Shown piece after piece: positions 16,303 to 26,036 of a DNA stretch of 64,000 nucleotides. The translations under genes were made by a program, and so were the position numbers. Each line of letters opens with the position of its first letter. Position 1 is the first letter of the stretch. The notes beneath the pieces were generated by a model, which worked only from the letters and a program-made list of their open reading frames with translations, had not been told where the DNA came from and did not search any database. The stretch comes from an uncultured delta proteobacterium (lineage in GTDB: Bacteria > Myxococcota_A > Polyangia > Polyangiales > Polyangiaceae). The DNA lies in NCBI GenBank assembly GCA_963841435.1, contig CAWJCS010000006.1, forward strand, positions 288,001 through 352,000, written 5' to 3'.

Positions 16303-16992
16303 ATGAGCCAGGAAAAGCTGGATCGCGTCGTCAAGGCTCGACAGGAGCTCCGAGCGCGCTTCGAAGCGCGGATGCGGGCGACGCCCAGCCTGGCGGACGA
16401 CGCGCCCCAGGGCACGGGACCGAAGAACCGCCACGGCATGCCGAAGCTCCCAGCGGGGCAGACCGAGACCAAGAAGTGGCCCGTGCTCGACCTCGGCGTC
16501 CAACCGAGCGTCACGCGCGCGTCGTTCCGCCTCACGGTCAACGGCGCCGTACGAACGCCGGTGACGCTCGACTTCTCGGAGCTGCTCGCGCTCGGTGAGG
16601 TCGAGGACACGAGCGACTTTCACTGCGTGACGACCTGGTCTCGCATGGACCTCGCTTGGAAGGGCGTGCGCGTCGCCGACGTGCTCGCGCTCGCCGAGCC
16701 GCTGCCCGAGGCGCGCGCACTGATGTGCCACGCTTCCGATCGCTACACGACCAACGTGAGCCTGGAAGAGGCGCTGAAGCCCGACGTTCTCATCGCGTAC
16801 GAGGTCAACGGTGAGCCGCTCGCGCGCGAGCACGGCGGACCCGTGCGTATGATCACGCCGCAGCTCTATGCTTGGAAGGGCGCGAAGTGGATCGAGCGGC
16901 TCGAGGTCCTCACGGAGAATCGGCCGGGCTTCTGGGAAGAGCGCGGCTACTCGATGACGGCGTTGCCCTGGCGGGAAGACCGCTACGGCTGA
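16303..16992 (+). CDS. Sulfite-oxidase-like molybdopterin oxidoreductase
   Basis: LPAGQ..TKKWPVL, DFHCVTTWS, YTTN, EHGGPVR, YAWKGAKW and PGFWEERGY. Confidence 0.9.
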   Translation: MSQEKLDRVVKARQELRARFEARMRATPSLADDAPQGTGPKNRHGMPKLPAGQTETKKWPVLDLGVQPSVTRASFRLTVNGAVRTPVTLDFSELLALGEVEDTSDFHCVTTWSRMDLAWKGVRVADVLALAEPLPEARALMCHASDRYTTNVSLEEALKPDVLIAYEVNGEPLAREHGGPVRMITPQLYAWKGAKWIERLEVLTENRPGFWEERGYSMTALPWREDRYG

Positions 16993-17041
16993 AGCGGAAT
17001 CGAACCAGCTCGGTGTGCGGCCCGGGGCGCCGTGCGAGCGC

Positions 17042-17984
17042 TCAGGGCAACACGGCGCGGAGCGACGCGCGGCCCGAGAAGCCGAGCACGGGCACGGCGA
17101 ACGCCTCGAACGTCGGGACGAAAGTAGAACGTGGGGTGGGAGAGCGCGACGACCGCTTCTCCATCGAGCGTGAACGAGAGAAATCGGGTCGGCCGCAGCT
17201 CGAGGCGAGCGAGTGGCCCGAGGCTCAGCCAGGGCCGGGTGACGGTCTGCTGGTCGAGCGTCGCGGAGCCGACGCCGCGCAGCGTGCCGACGCCGAGAGC
17301 GGCGCAGGGCGTGAACGACACGAGCCCGGTGCTCGGTAGGCTGAGCGGGCAGAACCAGCCGCGCGCCCCCGTGTACGTGAAGTCGGCGCGCCCCGCGCCC
17401 GTGTCCACGGTGTCGGAGCGGGTCCGTTGCGCGGCGATGCCGAACGAGATGCCCCGCGCGCCCGTCGCGCTCTGGTGCTCGGCGTCGAGCTCGAAAAACG
17501 CGCTCAGCGCGAGCTCCGGTGCGATGCCGCTGTCGAGCGCCGCGCCGGCACCGCCGCCGAAGCGGAAGTGTGCGCGCCGAGCCGGTCGGCGTGGCTCCGG
17601 TGCGGGACGCTGGGCGTGGTCGGGCTCGCTGCGAGAGAGCGCCTCGGGGTCGACGAGCACCGCGGCGATGAGGGCGAGCGCCGAGACGACCTCCTCGCAC
17701 GTCGCGCCCGCGACGGCGCGCGGCGTTTCGCGGCCGTCAATCTCGCGCAGCGTGAGCCGCCCGAGCACGTCCGTCACCCGATCGCTCAGCGTGACGTCGA
17801 AGGTTGCCGCCGTTTCGTCGGCGGCGGCCAGGCGCGCCCGCGGCGTGCGCGCCGAGAGCTCGGCGACGAACGCCGCGCGGCTCGAGCAGCCGGCGGGCGC
17901 CTCGTAAGTGACGTGAAATGGCTGCGGCGCAGCGGCCGCGTGCCCGGCGAGCGCCATGCCGAACGCGAGCCAGAGCGCTCGCAT
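17042..17984 (-). CDS. Exported hypothetical protein with beta-strand-rich C-terminus; +1 frameshift near 17110
   Basis: Signal peptide and YEAPAGC motif; removing one T gives ...FRPDVEAFAVPVLGFSGRASLRAVLP* and removes the overlap with the opposite gene. Confidence 0.6.
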
Positions 17985-17991
17985 CGCGAGG

Positions 17992-18654
17992 TCAGGTGCC
18001 CTGCGGCCAGAGCTTTTGTACGACCTCGGTGAGCTTGCCCACGGTGTCCGGCTTCATTCCCGTGGCCGGGTGCGGCCAGGCGAAGCTCCGCGAAACGACC
18101 TGGCTGCACGAGAACGAGACCAAAATGTCGTTCGCCTGGGCGCCGGGACCCGACGCGAACGAAAGGCCCATCTCCGGGTAGATGACGCCGGGTGCACAGC
18201 GTGCGTACTTGTTGTCGTAGCTGTCGGCGTCGCCGAGCAGCTTGCCGAGCTCCTCGCGCAGGTCCGGATCGACGACGGGCGTCTGACCGAGGATGCGGAA
18301 GCCGTGAAAGCGTGGAGCATCGGGCGGCGGGACGACGGGTGCCGCGGGAGCGGCGGCGCCAGGCAAGAGGTTCGGCGGCAAGATGCCCGGCGGGATGAGC
18401 TGCGAGAGACCCTGCGCTCCTTGCTGGATCCAGCTCATGATCTCGGGAGGCACGCCGGGCACGGCGGCGCCGGGGGCAGGCGTTCCGGCAGCGGGCGCCG
18501 CGGCTGTGGGCGGCGGCTCGTAGTTTTGCAGGCGGTAGGCCGTCGCGTTGGACGTTTTGAGGGTGTCGAACGGCGCGGCCGGGGCGCTGGCGCACGCGAG
18601 GCTCGCGAGGCCGAGGAGCGGCAAGAGGGCGGTGTTGCTCGGGGAGAGGCGCAT
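17992..18654 (-). CDS. Hypothetical lipoprotein
   Basis: LASLAC lipobox, Pro-rich segment and a Cys pair. Confidence 0.65.
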   Translation of the reverse strand: MRLSPSNTALLPLLGLASLACASAPAAPFDTLKTSNATAYRLQNYEPPPTAAAPAAGTPAPGAAVPGVPPEIMSWIQQGAQGLSQLIPPGILPPNLLPGAAAPAAPVVPPPDAPRFHGFRILGQTPVVDPDLREELGKLLGDADSYDNKYARCAPGVIYPEMGLSFASGPGAQANDILVSFSCSQVVSRSFAWPHPATGMKPDTVGKLTEVVQKLWPQGT

Positions 18655-18738
18655 GGCGAACCTATTAGCCCAGCTTTCGCGGCGTCGAAAGCTTCCCTGC
18701 CACTTGCGGCCGGGAGCCACGGGGAAAAGGTTTGGCGG

Positions 18739-19662
18739 ATGCAGGAGCGCATCGTCGTGACAGGGGGAACCGGCTTCGTCGGGAGCGCGGTGGTCCGGCT
18801 CCTGGCCGCAAGGAGCGCCGAGCTCTTCGTGCTCTCGAGGGGGTCAACGGTCCCCGCGTCGCTCGAGGGCGTCGCCGGTGTGCGGATGCTCGCTTGGGAC
18901 CCGGGCAGCGACGGGGACTGGATGGCGGCGGTGTCGGGCGCGAGCGCCGTCGTGCACCTCGCGGGCGAGCAGGCGGTGGGGCGGCGCTACACCGAGCCGC
19001 TGAAGCGACGCATCCTCGAGAGTCGCGTGAAGACGGCCGAGGCGCTCGTCCGCGCGATCGCACGCGCCGACGCGCCACCGCGCGTGCTCGTGTCGGCGTC
19101 CGGTGTCGGCTACTACGGCGGCCACGACGACGACGCGCCGCTCGACGAATCGGCGCCGCCCGGCAACGACTTTCTTGCGACCGTGTGCGTGGCGTGGGAA
19201 GCGGCCGTTCGCAAGGCCGAGCCGCTCGGCGTGCGCGTCGTCTCGGCGCGCCTCGGCGCCGTGCTCGGTCGCGGGGGCGGTGCGCTCGGCACCATGGTGC
19301 TCCCTTTCAAGTTGTTCGTCGGCGGTCCGTTGGGTAGCGGTCGCCAGCTCTTTTCATGGGTGCACCTCGAGGACGCCGCGCGGGCATTCCTCGCGTGCCT
19401 CGACGATCCGGGCTTTTCTGGGGCGGTGAACGTTGCGGCGCCGGGGGCCGTCACGCAGACGGCGCTCGCGCGTGCTCTCGGCAAAGCGCTCGGCCGCCCC
19501 GCGTTCATGCCCGTGCCGAGCTTCTCGCTGCGCGCGCTGTTCGGCGAAGGCGCCGTCCCGATCCTCACGGGGCAGCGCGCCGTCCCGAAAAAGCTCCTCG
19601 CCGCGGGCTTCGCGTTTCGATTTCCGACCATCGAAGAGGCGCTCGCCGAAGCGCTCCACTGA
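18739..19662 (+). CDS. TIGR01777/YfcH family NAD-dependent epimerase
   Basis: VTGGTGFVG, HLAGE, SASGVGYYG, CVAWE, GGPLGSGRQ..SWVH and GFAFRFP. Confidence 0.92.
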   Translation: MQERIVVTGGTGFVGSAVVRLLAARSAELFVLSRGSTVPASLEGVAGVRMLAWDPGSDGDWMAAVSGASAVVHLAGEQAVGRRYTEPLKRRILESRVKTAEALVRAIARADAPPRVLVSASGVGYYGGHDDDAPLDESAPPGNDFLATVCVAWEAAVRKAEPLGVRVVSARLGAVLGRGGGALGTMVLPFKLFVGGPLGSGRQLFSWVHLEDAARAFLACLDDPGFSGAVNVAAPGAVTQTALARALGKALGRPAFMPVPSFSLRALFGEGAVPILTGQRAVPKKLLAAGFAFRFPTIEEALAEALH

Positions 19663-19682
19663 GGCGCCGGACCGCCGAGACC

Positions 19683-19943
19683 TCATTCTGGTCCGACCGG
19701 CTTTCGCTCGAACCCCGCGCACTCGACGACGGGGAGCCGGGGGTAGCGGTCGAACCGGGCGGGCTCGGCCTGGGAGCGCTCGCAGAGGAGATACGTCTGC
19801 TCGCGCGCGCCGCGGACGGTGCGCGCGTACCGGCACTCGGCGCACCGGCCAAGGCGCGGATCGAAGCGGGGCGACCCCGTGCCGATGCTCACACCCGAAC
19901 GATGACGCACGGCGTCAACGGGGGCTCGGCGGCATGCCCCCAC
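19683..19943 (-). CDS. Small Cys-rich conserved hypothetical protein (true start probably downstream)
   Basis: GRCAECRYAR...YLLCERS...RYPRLPVVECAGF; four Cys, possible metal binding. Confidence 0.6.
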   Translation of the reverse strand: MGACRRAPVDAVRHRSGVSIGTGSPRFDPRLGRCAECRYARTVRGAREQTYLLCERSQAEPARFDRYPRLPVVECAGFERKPVGPE

Positions 19944-19995
19944 TTTCTCTCGCCACCCGCGTGACGCGCGACGAACGCACGCCGGGCGGGGCGAA

Positions 19996-20055
19996 TCAGG
20001 CGAGAACCGGAAGCGGGATCCGGAGTCGCTCGAGCAGCTTGCGCAGGGCTTTCAT
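19996..20055 (-). CDS. Candidate 19-aa small protein
   Basis: MKALRKLLERLRIPLPVLA*, preceded by AGGAG 7 nt before the ATG. Confidence 0.4.
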   Translation of the reverse strand: MKALRKLLERLRIPLPVLA

Positions 20056-20187
20056 GGTCGTCTCCTGGCGTTGAGCGGGATGTGGGGTCTTTACCTACAC
20101 CGTCTCACCTGCCGGGGTCAAGCGACCGGCCCGTTCCTTCGGCCAACAGGCCGCATCGGGGTGGGCGAGCGCGGCTGGGGAGACTGG

Positions 20188-21033
20188 CTAGTAATAGCCG
20201 CCGGCGTGAATGAGCAGACCGAACGAGAGCAGGTGCGCATCGCGCCGGTCGATGAGCTCCTTGCCGTCGTACAACGAGTAGCTCCCGCCGAGCCCGAGGT
20301 CGAGGAACGGGCCGCCGAAGAGCACGATGTGCTCGAGCGGTGAGAGCACGCCGAGGATCTCGAACGAGGCGTCGACGAACGTCGCCCGAGTCTCGAACTC
20401 GCCGAGCGTATCGCCGAGACGTGGGTCGATGACTTCGCGTGTGGCGCGGCTCGTGGAGATCGTGAGCCCCGCGCGTGGCCAGATGCCGAAGGTGCGATCG
20501 AAGGGATAGGCGAACCCGCCACGCACGCCACCGAGCAGCGTGAAGCCGTCGGGCGCTGCGGTCGGCGGTGCCTCGGGACGCTGGCCGGCCGCGCCGTCGA
20601 GCGACACGCCGCGCGTGGCGATCATCCCGGTGCCGCCGACCGTGAAGCCCTGGTAGACGACGTAGTCGAGCGCGAAGCGCGGCAGAGCCGAGGGACTGTT
20701 GCTGTCCATACCGAGCAGCCCGAAAGAGGTGACCTTGTAGTCGTGCGTGATCTTCGCGCCCGTCTCGGCGTCCGTGTAGGTGAGCTTCTGGCGGTCGAGG
20801 AACAGGCCGGACGCGCGTTCGATGGCGAAGACGAACTGGCCGGTCTCGCCGACGTTGTCGAGGGGCTTCGGCGGCGCGACCATGGGCGTCGGGAACGCTG
20901 CCGTTCCGTACGCGCCGGTCGGTGCGGTGTACGTGCCGGCAGCCGTGCCTTGGGTCTGGAAGCCCTGAGCGAGCGCTGGGGCAGCCCCGAGCGACGCGCA
21001 GGCGAGCGTGAGGAGCGCCACGGGGCGTTGCAT
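20188..21033 (-). CDS. Outer-membrane beta-barrel-like protein
   Basis: Signal peptide ending ALA, amphipathic beta strands, IWPRAG, aromatic C-terminus GGYY. Confidence 0.65.
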   Translation of the reverse strand: MQRPVALLTLACASLGAAPALAQGFQTQGTAAGTYTAPTGAYGTAAFPTPMVAPPKPLDNVGETGQFVFAIERASGLFLDRQKLTYTDAETGAKITHDYKVTSFGLLGMDSNSPSALPRFALDYVVYQGFTVGGTGMIATRGVSLDGAAGQRPEAPPTAAPDGFTLLGGVRGGFAYPFDRTFGIWPRAGLTISTSRATREVIDPRLGDTLGEFETRATFVDASFEILGVLSPLEHIVLFGGPFLDLGLGGSYSLYDGKELIDRRDAHLLSFGLLIHAGGYY

Positions 21034-21046
21034 GCGGCGGACTCTA

Positions 21047-22172
21047 TCAGAAGAGCGAGCGCAGGGCCGAAAGGCGTGCGTCGAGCTCCGCTGGGTTCGG
21101 CGCACGCACCGTCACGTGGCCGACCTTGCGTCCCGGGCGTGGCGCTTTTCCGTAGTCGTGGAGGTGCGCGTCGGGCACGGCCAGCACGGCGGCGGCATCG
21201 GGAAGGGAGCCGATGCAGTTCAGCATCGCGCTCTCTCCGACGAGCGCTGGCGAGCCGAGCGGCAGCCCGAGCACGGCGCGCAGGTGCTGCTCGAACTGGC
21301 TCGTGACCGCCCCCTCGATGGTGAAGTGTCCGGAGTTGTGGACGCGCGGAGCGATCTCGTTGGCGAGGAGCTCGCCGCCGGCCGAAAAGAGCTCGATCGT
21401 GAGAACACCCACGTAGTCGAAGCGCCGGAACAAGGCGTCGAGGTAGCCCTCGGCGGCCCGCTGCATCGCGGGTGGGAACGTCCGGGGCCGGCGCGCGAGT
21501 GAACCGGAGAATGCCCGCATCGTGGTGGTTTTCGACCAGCGGGTAGAACGCCGTGGCGCCGTCGGCACGGCGTGCACCGACGAGGCTGAGCTCGCGTTCG
21601 AACCGCACGAAGCCCTCGAGCAGCAGGGGCACGCCGCCGAGTGCCGCGAACGCGCCAGCGATGTCGCCCGGCGCTCGGAGCACGCGCTGGCCCTTGCCGT
21701 CGTACCCGAGGCGTCGCGTCTTGAGCACGGCGGGCAAGCCCGCCACCGTGACGGCGCGCTCGAGGTCGGCCTGTGAGGAAACGTCGAAGAAGGGGGGGGT
21801 GGGGATGCCGAGCTCGGCGAAGCACGTCTTCTCGCGCAGGCGATCCTGGGCGACCTCGAGCGCCACCACGGGGGGGTGGAGCACGGTGCGCGCAGCGATG
21901 GCGCGCGCGGCGTCGACGGGAACGTTCTCGAACTCGTACGTCACAACGTCGCAGCCGGCGAGTCTGTCGAGCGCCTCCGGCGCCCCGTAGTCGAGAGCGA
22001 GATGCTCGCCGAGCTCGGCCGCGGGCGCGTCGGGGCCGGGGTCGACGAACAGGAAGCGGGCGCCGAGCGGCAGGCCGGCGAGCGCCAGCATGCGCCCGAG
22101 CTGGCCTGCGCCGAGCACGCCGACGCGTGGCCCTCGCGGGTCAGCGTCGGAGCTTCGCGGTGCGGAGGACAC
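21047..22172 (-). CDS. purK: N5-CAIR synthase PurK, +1 frameshift near 21478 (probably a sequence error)
   Basis: [33 protein letters not shown] in one frame; [21 protein letters not shown] and [13 protein letters not shown] in the next. Confidence 0.92.
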
Positions 22173-22647
22173 TTTGCCTCTGCTCGGTCCGGTAGCGCTC
22201 GAGGGCGCGCCCGAGCTGGGGCCGGCCGCGCGCGACGATCGCCGCCGCGAGCAGTGCCGCGTTGATGGCGCCCGCACGACCGATGGCGAGCGTGCCCACC
22301 GGAACTCCGGCCGGCATCTGCACGATGGAGAGCAACGAGTCGAGCCCCTTGAGGGTGCTCGATTCGACGGGCACGCCGAGCACGGGTACCCACGTTTTCG
22401 ATGCGACCATGCCGGGCAAGTGCGCCGCGCCGCCCGCGCCCGCGATGATCGCTTCGAGGCCGCGCTCGGCCGCGCTTGCCGCGTACTCGAACATCAGATC
22501 GGGCGTGCGATGTGCCGAAACGACGCTCGTCTCGTGGGGGACGGCGAGCGCATCGAGCATCTCCGAAGCGTGGCGCAGCGTTTCCCAGTCGCTCTTCGAG
22601 CCCATGATCACGCCCACGAGGGGCTTTTCGCTCGTCTTTTTTGCCAC
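22141..22647 (-). CDS. purE: N5-CAIR mutase PurE
   Basis: [28 protein letters not shown] and [11 protein letters not shown]. Confidence 0.97.
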   Translation of the reverse strand: MAKKTSEKPLVGVIMGSKSDWETLRHASEMLDALAVPHETSVVSAHRTPDLMFEYAASAAERGLEAIIAGAGGAAHLPGMVASKTWVPVLGVPVESSTLKGLDSLLSIVQMPAGVPVGTLAIGRAGAINAALLAAAIVARGRPQLGRALERYRTEQRQSVLRTAKLRR

Positions 22648-22742
22648 GCGGAAAGGCACGCACTTTAGTGACTTATCCCACGGGCGCAAGCGTCTGAAGC
22701 GCTTCGCCAGTCTTTGGCATGGGGGCTACACTCGGCCGCCCG

Positions 22743-25700
22743 ATGGGGACCTTTTTCGTTCACGAGAGCCACCGGGTGGAGCTCCTTGCCGGCGAGCTCG
22801 GCACGCTGTTCGAGGCGCCCCACGGTGCGCCGTTCGACCCCGAGGCGATCGTCGTGCCCGGCCGGGGCATGGGCGTGTGGCTGTCGATGCAGCTCGCCCG
22901 CAAGCTCGGTGTCTGGGCGACGCCGTTTTCGTACCCGCGCGCGCTCGTCGAGCGGGTGGTGCGCGCCACGCTCGGCGACGACGCGCTCGGTCCGGAGCCG
23001 CTCTCGGAAGACCTCGTCGAGTGGTGCGTGAGAGAGACCCTGCCGAGCCTGCTCGGTGACCCGGACTTCGAAAAGCTTGCGCGCTACCTCGAGGGGGACG
23101 AGCACGGTGAGCGACTGAGCGAGCTCGCGGCGCGCATCGCGCAGGTGTTCGACCAGTACCTCACCTATCGGCCCGCGTGGATCCGCGCCTGGGAAGCCGG
23201 CGGCGTCGGCATCGTGCCCGAAGGCGAGCGCTGGCAACCGCGTCTCTGGCAGCGCGTGCAGAAGCGGCTCGCGGCGCGCCACGTGGCTCACGTCGAGGAG
23301 GAGCTCCTCGCGCGGCTTTCGGGCGCGCGAGCGGTCTGGGGGCTGCCCCCGCGCGTCTCGCTGTTCGGGTTCTCCACGCTGCCGCCGCTCTACCTGCGCG
23401 TCTTCGTGGCGCTGTCGCGGCGGGTCGACGTGCACCTCTTTCGCTTCGCGCCCGGCCGAGCGCCGACCGGCGAGGCGCGGGCGCCGGGCGGCCTCGCCGG
23501 CATAGCTGGAGTCGGGCCGCTTCTCGGGCTCGGCGCGACGGGGGACGAGCTTTCGGAGGTGCTCGAGGCAACGCTCGCGGCCCAGGGCGTTCGGGCCGAG
23601 CGTCGGCAAACGTTCGAGCGCCGGCCGGTGGCGAGCTTGCTCGAAGCGCTCACGGCGCGGCTCGGCGGCGACGCCGCCATCGACCCGGCGACGTTCCCCC
23701 TGGACGGCGACGAGCGCGCTTCGGTGGCCGTGCATTCGTGCCACGGCCCCATGCGCGAGGTGGAGGTCCTGCACGATCAACTGCTCGCGTTGCTCACGCG
23801 CACGGACGATCCCGTCGCGCCCGACGACGTGGCGGTGCTCGTGCCGGATCTCGCCGCGTACGCCCCGCTCGTCGAGGCCGTGTTCCGGCGCGAACCGGGC
23901 GATCTGCGCTTCATTCCGTTCCGCGTGGCCGACCTCGGAACGCGCGCGCGCTCGCCGGGCCTCGATGCGTTGCTCCGCGTGCTCGCCATGGTGCGCGGCC
24001 GTGTCACCGCCGCCGAGGTGACGGACCTCCTGGGGCTCGATATCGTGCGCACCCGTCTCGGTCTCGACGCGCCGGCCGCCGACCGCATCGGCGCGTGGAT
24101 CGTCGAGAGCGGTATCCGCTGGGGTCTCGACGACGCGCACCTCACGGCTCGGGGTCTCCCCGCCGCGGACGCGCTAACCTGGGAGTTCGGCTTGAGACGC
24201 CTGCTCGTCGGTTACGCATTGCCGAGCGGTGGCGTGCGTTCGTTCCACGGCGTGTTCGGCTACGACGAGGTCGAGGGCAAGGAGGCGGCGCTGCTCGGCA
24301 TTCTTGCCCACTTCGTACGGTCGCTCGGCCGCCACCTGCGCGATTGCGAGCGGCCCCGGTCGCTTTCGGACTGGGCGCTCGCGCTCGCGGACCTCGCCGC
24401 CGAGCTTTTCGGCGAGGACCCCGAGGGGCTGCGCGAGCGGGCGAGCATCGAGCTCGCCGTCGCCGATCTCGTGCGGGTCGCCTCGGCGGCCGGCTTCAAC
24501 GCCGCTCTCGACGTGCGTGTCGTTGCGCGGCTGCTCGAGCGGAGGGCCGACGCGCGCGGCGCGGAAAGCGGGTTTCTCGCGGGCGGCGTGACGTTCTCCG
24601 CCATGGTGCCGATGCGCAGCATCCCGTTTCGCGTGGTCGTGCTGCTCGGGATGAACGACGGCGCCTTCCCGCGCTCGCCTCGCCCCCTGGAGTTCGATCT
24701 GATGGCGAACGGCGCCTTTGCCCGCGAGGTCGGGGACCGCGTGCCGCGCGACGACGACCGTCAACTCTTCCTCGAGACGCTCTTCGCGGCGCGCGAGCGG
24801 CTGATCGTGACGACCAGCGGGCGTAGCGTGAAGGACGACCGTGTGATGCCCCCGTCGGCGTGCCTCGGTGAGCTCGTGGAAGCGCTCGCGGGGCCCGCCG
24901 GGACAGACGGCGCGAAGGAGCGACGCTCGGCGCTCGTCACCGATCATCCCCTGCAGGCCTTCAGTCCCGCGTACTTCGACGGCACCGAGCCGCGGCTGTT
25001 CTCCTACCGCAGCGAGTACGAAACGAGCGCCCAGAGCCTGTCGGGGCCCGCCCAACCGGACCGGCCGTTCGTGACCGAGCTCGAAGCGTTTGCGCGCCCT
25101 CGCGAGCTCGCGCTCGACGAGCTGATCCGGTTCTGGAAATCGCCGCCGACGTACCTCCTGAATCGCCGCCTCGGGATTTACCTGAAAGAACGGCGCCCGG
25201 AGCGGCGTCCTCGCGAGCCGCTCGAGCCGGACGACCTCGAGCGCTGGCACATCGCGAGCGCCCTGCTCGAAGCGCTCATCGCGGAGCCCGATCCGGAGCT
25301 CGCCGTGCCGGCGGTGGAGGAACGCTTGCGTGGCCGCGCGGCGCTCGCGGTCGGCGGCTGGGGGGGCGCCCAGCTCAGCGATCTTCGCGAGGTGTGCCAG
25401 CAGATCGCCGAGAAAGTGCGCTCGCTGCGTGGCGACGAGGTCGAAGGGCGTGAGGCCGTAGCGATCGCGCTTGCGGGCGGCACGAAAATCGCCGGCTCGG
25501 TGCCTTCCGTCTTCGGTGGCCGGCTCATCGAGCACGGCTATTCGACGCTCGATACGAGGCGGGAGCTCGAGCTCTGGATCCGCCACCTCGCGCTCTGTGC
25601 CGCCGAGGGCGCGCCCCGTCAGTCGAGCGTGCGTGTCGGTCGCGACGGCAAGAAATCCGGGACAATCGGGGTGCTGGAGCTCGTCGCCCTCCCCAGGGCT

Positions 25701-26036
25701 CGTGCCATCGAGCATCTCGAGCTGCTCGTCGAGCGCTACCTCGAGGGTCAGGCGCGTCCGCTGCCGTTCTTGCCGCCCGAGAGCGACGCGTACGTCGGAA
25801 AAGTTCGCGCGGGCAAGGCGAACGAAGGGATCGGGGCTGCCCAGCAGAAATACGAAGGGCAGGGCGGCACGCTGCAGCGCGACCCGCACCCCCAGCGGGC
25901 GTTCAATCATCGGTTGCCGCCCTTCAATCCGCTCTTCGACCGTGGCGAGCGCTCGGCCGAACAGACCCGCTTCCACGCGCTCGCGCTCGAGGTCCTCGGG
26001 CCGTGTCACGACGCCAGGGCGGAGGCAGGGTCGTGA
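22743..26036 (+). CDS. recC: Exodeoxyribonuclease V gamma subunit
   Basis: SHRVELL, FDQYLTYRP, HSCHGPMREVEVLHDQL, GIRWG, VPMRSIPF, LLGMNDGAFPR and HPLQAFS. Confidence 0.95.
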   Translation: MGTFFVHESHRVELLAGELGTLFEAPHGAPFDPEAIVVPGRGMGVWLSMQLARKLGVWATPFSYPRALVERVVRATLGDDALGPEPLSEDLVEWCVRETLPSLLGDPDFEKLARYLEGDEHGERLSELAARIAQVFDQYLTYRPAWIRAWEAGGVGIVPEGERWQPRLWQRVQKRLAARHVAHVEEELLARLSGARAVWGLPPRVSLFGFSTLPPLYLRVFVALSRRVDVHLFRFAPGRAPTGEARAPGGLAGIAGVGPLLGLGATGDELSEVLEATLAAQGVRAERRQTFERRPVASLLEALTARLGGDAAIDPATFPLDGDERASVAVHSCHGPMREVEVLHDQLLALLTRTDDPVAPDDVAVLVPDLAAYAPLVEAVFRREPGDLRFIPFRVADLGTRARSPGLDALLRVLAMVRGRVTAAEVTDLLGLDIVRTRLGLDAPAADRIGAWIVESGIRWGLDDAHLTARGLPAADALTWEFGLRRLLVGYALPSGGVRSFHGVFGYDEVEGKEAALLGILAHFVRSLGRHLRDCERPRSLSDWALALADLAAELFGEDPEGLRERASIELAVADLVRVASAAGFNAALDVRVVARLLERRADARGAESGFLAGGVTFSAMVPMRSIPFRVVVLLGMNDGAFPRSPRPLEFDLMANGAFAREVGDRVPRDDDRQLFLETLFAARERLIVTTSGRSVKDDRVMPPSACLGELVEALAGPAGTDGAKERRSALVTDHPLQAFSPAYFDGTEPRLFSYRSEYETSAQSLSGPAQPDRPFVTELEAFARPRELALDELIRFWKSPPTYLLNRRLGIYLKERRPERRPREPLEPDDLERWHIASALLEALIAEPDPELAVPAVEERLRGRAALAVGGWGGAQLSDLREVCQQIAEKVRSLRGDEVEGREAVAIALAGGTKIAGSVPSVFGGRLIEHGYSTLDTRRELELWIRHLALCAAEGAPRQSSVRVGRDGKKSGTIGVLELVALPRARAIEHLELLVERYLEGQARPLPFLPPESDAYVGKVRAGKANEGIGAAQQKYEGQGGTLQRDPHPQRAFNHRLPPFNPLFDRGERSAEQTRFHALALEVLGPCHDARAEAGS

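Noticed and set aside
21047-22172. purK, the SDR and the hemerythrin-like gene as true pseudogenes or programmed frameshifts
   Set aside because: Single-base insertions in shared motif contexts, intact catalytic motifs and no slippery heptamers point to sequencing error.
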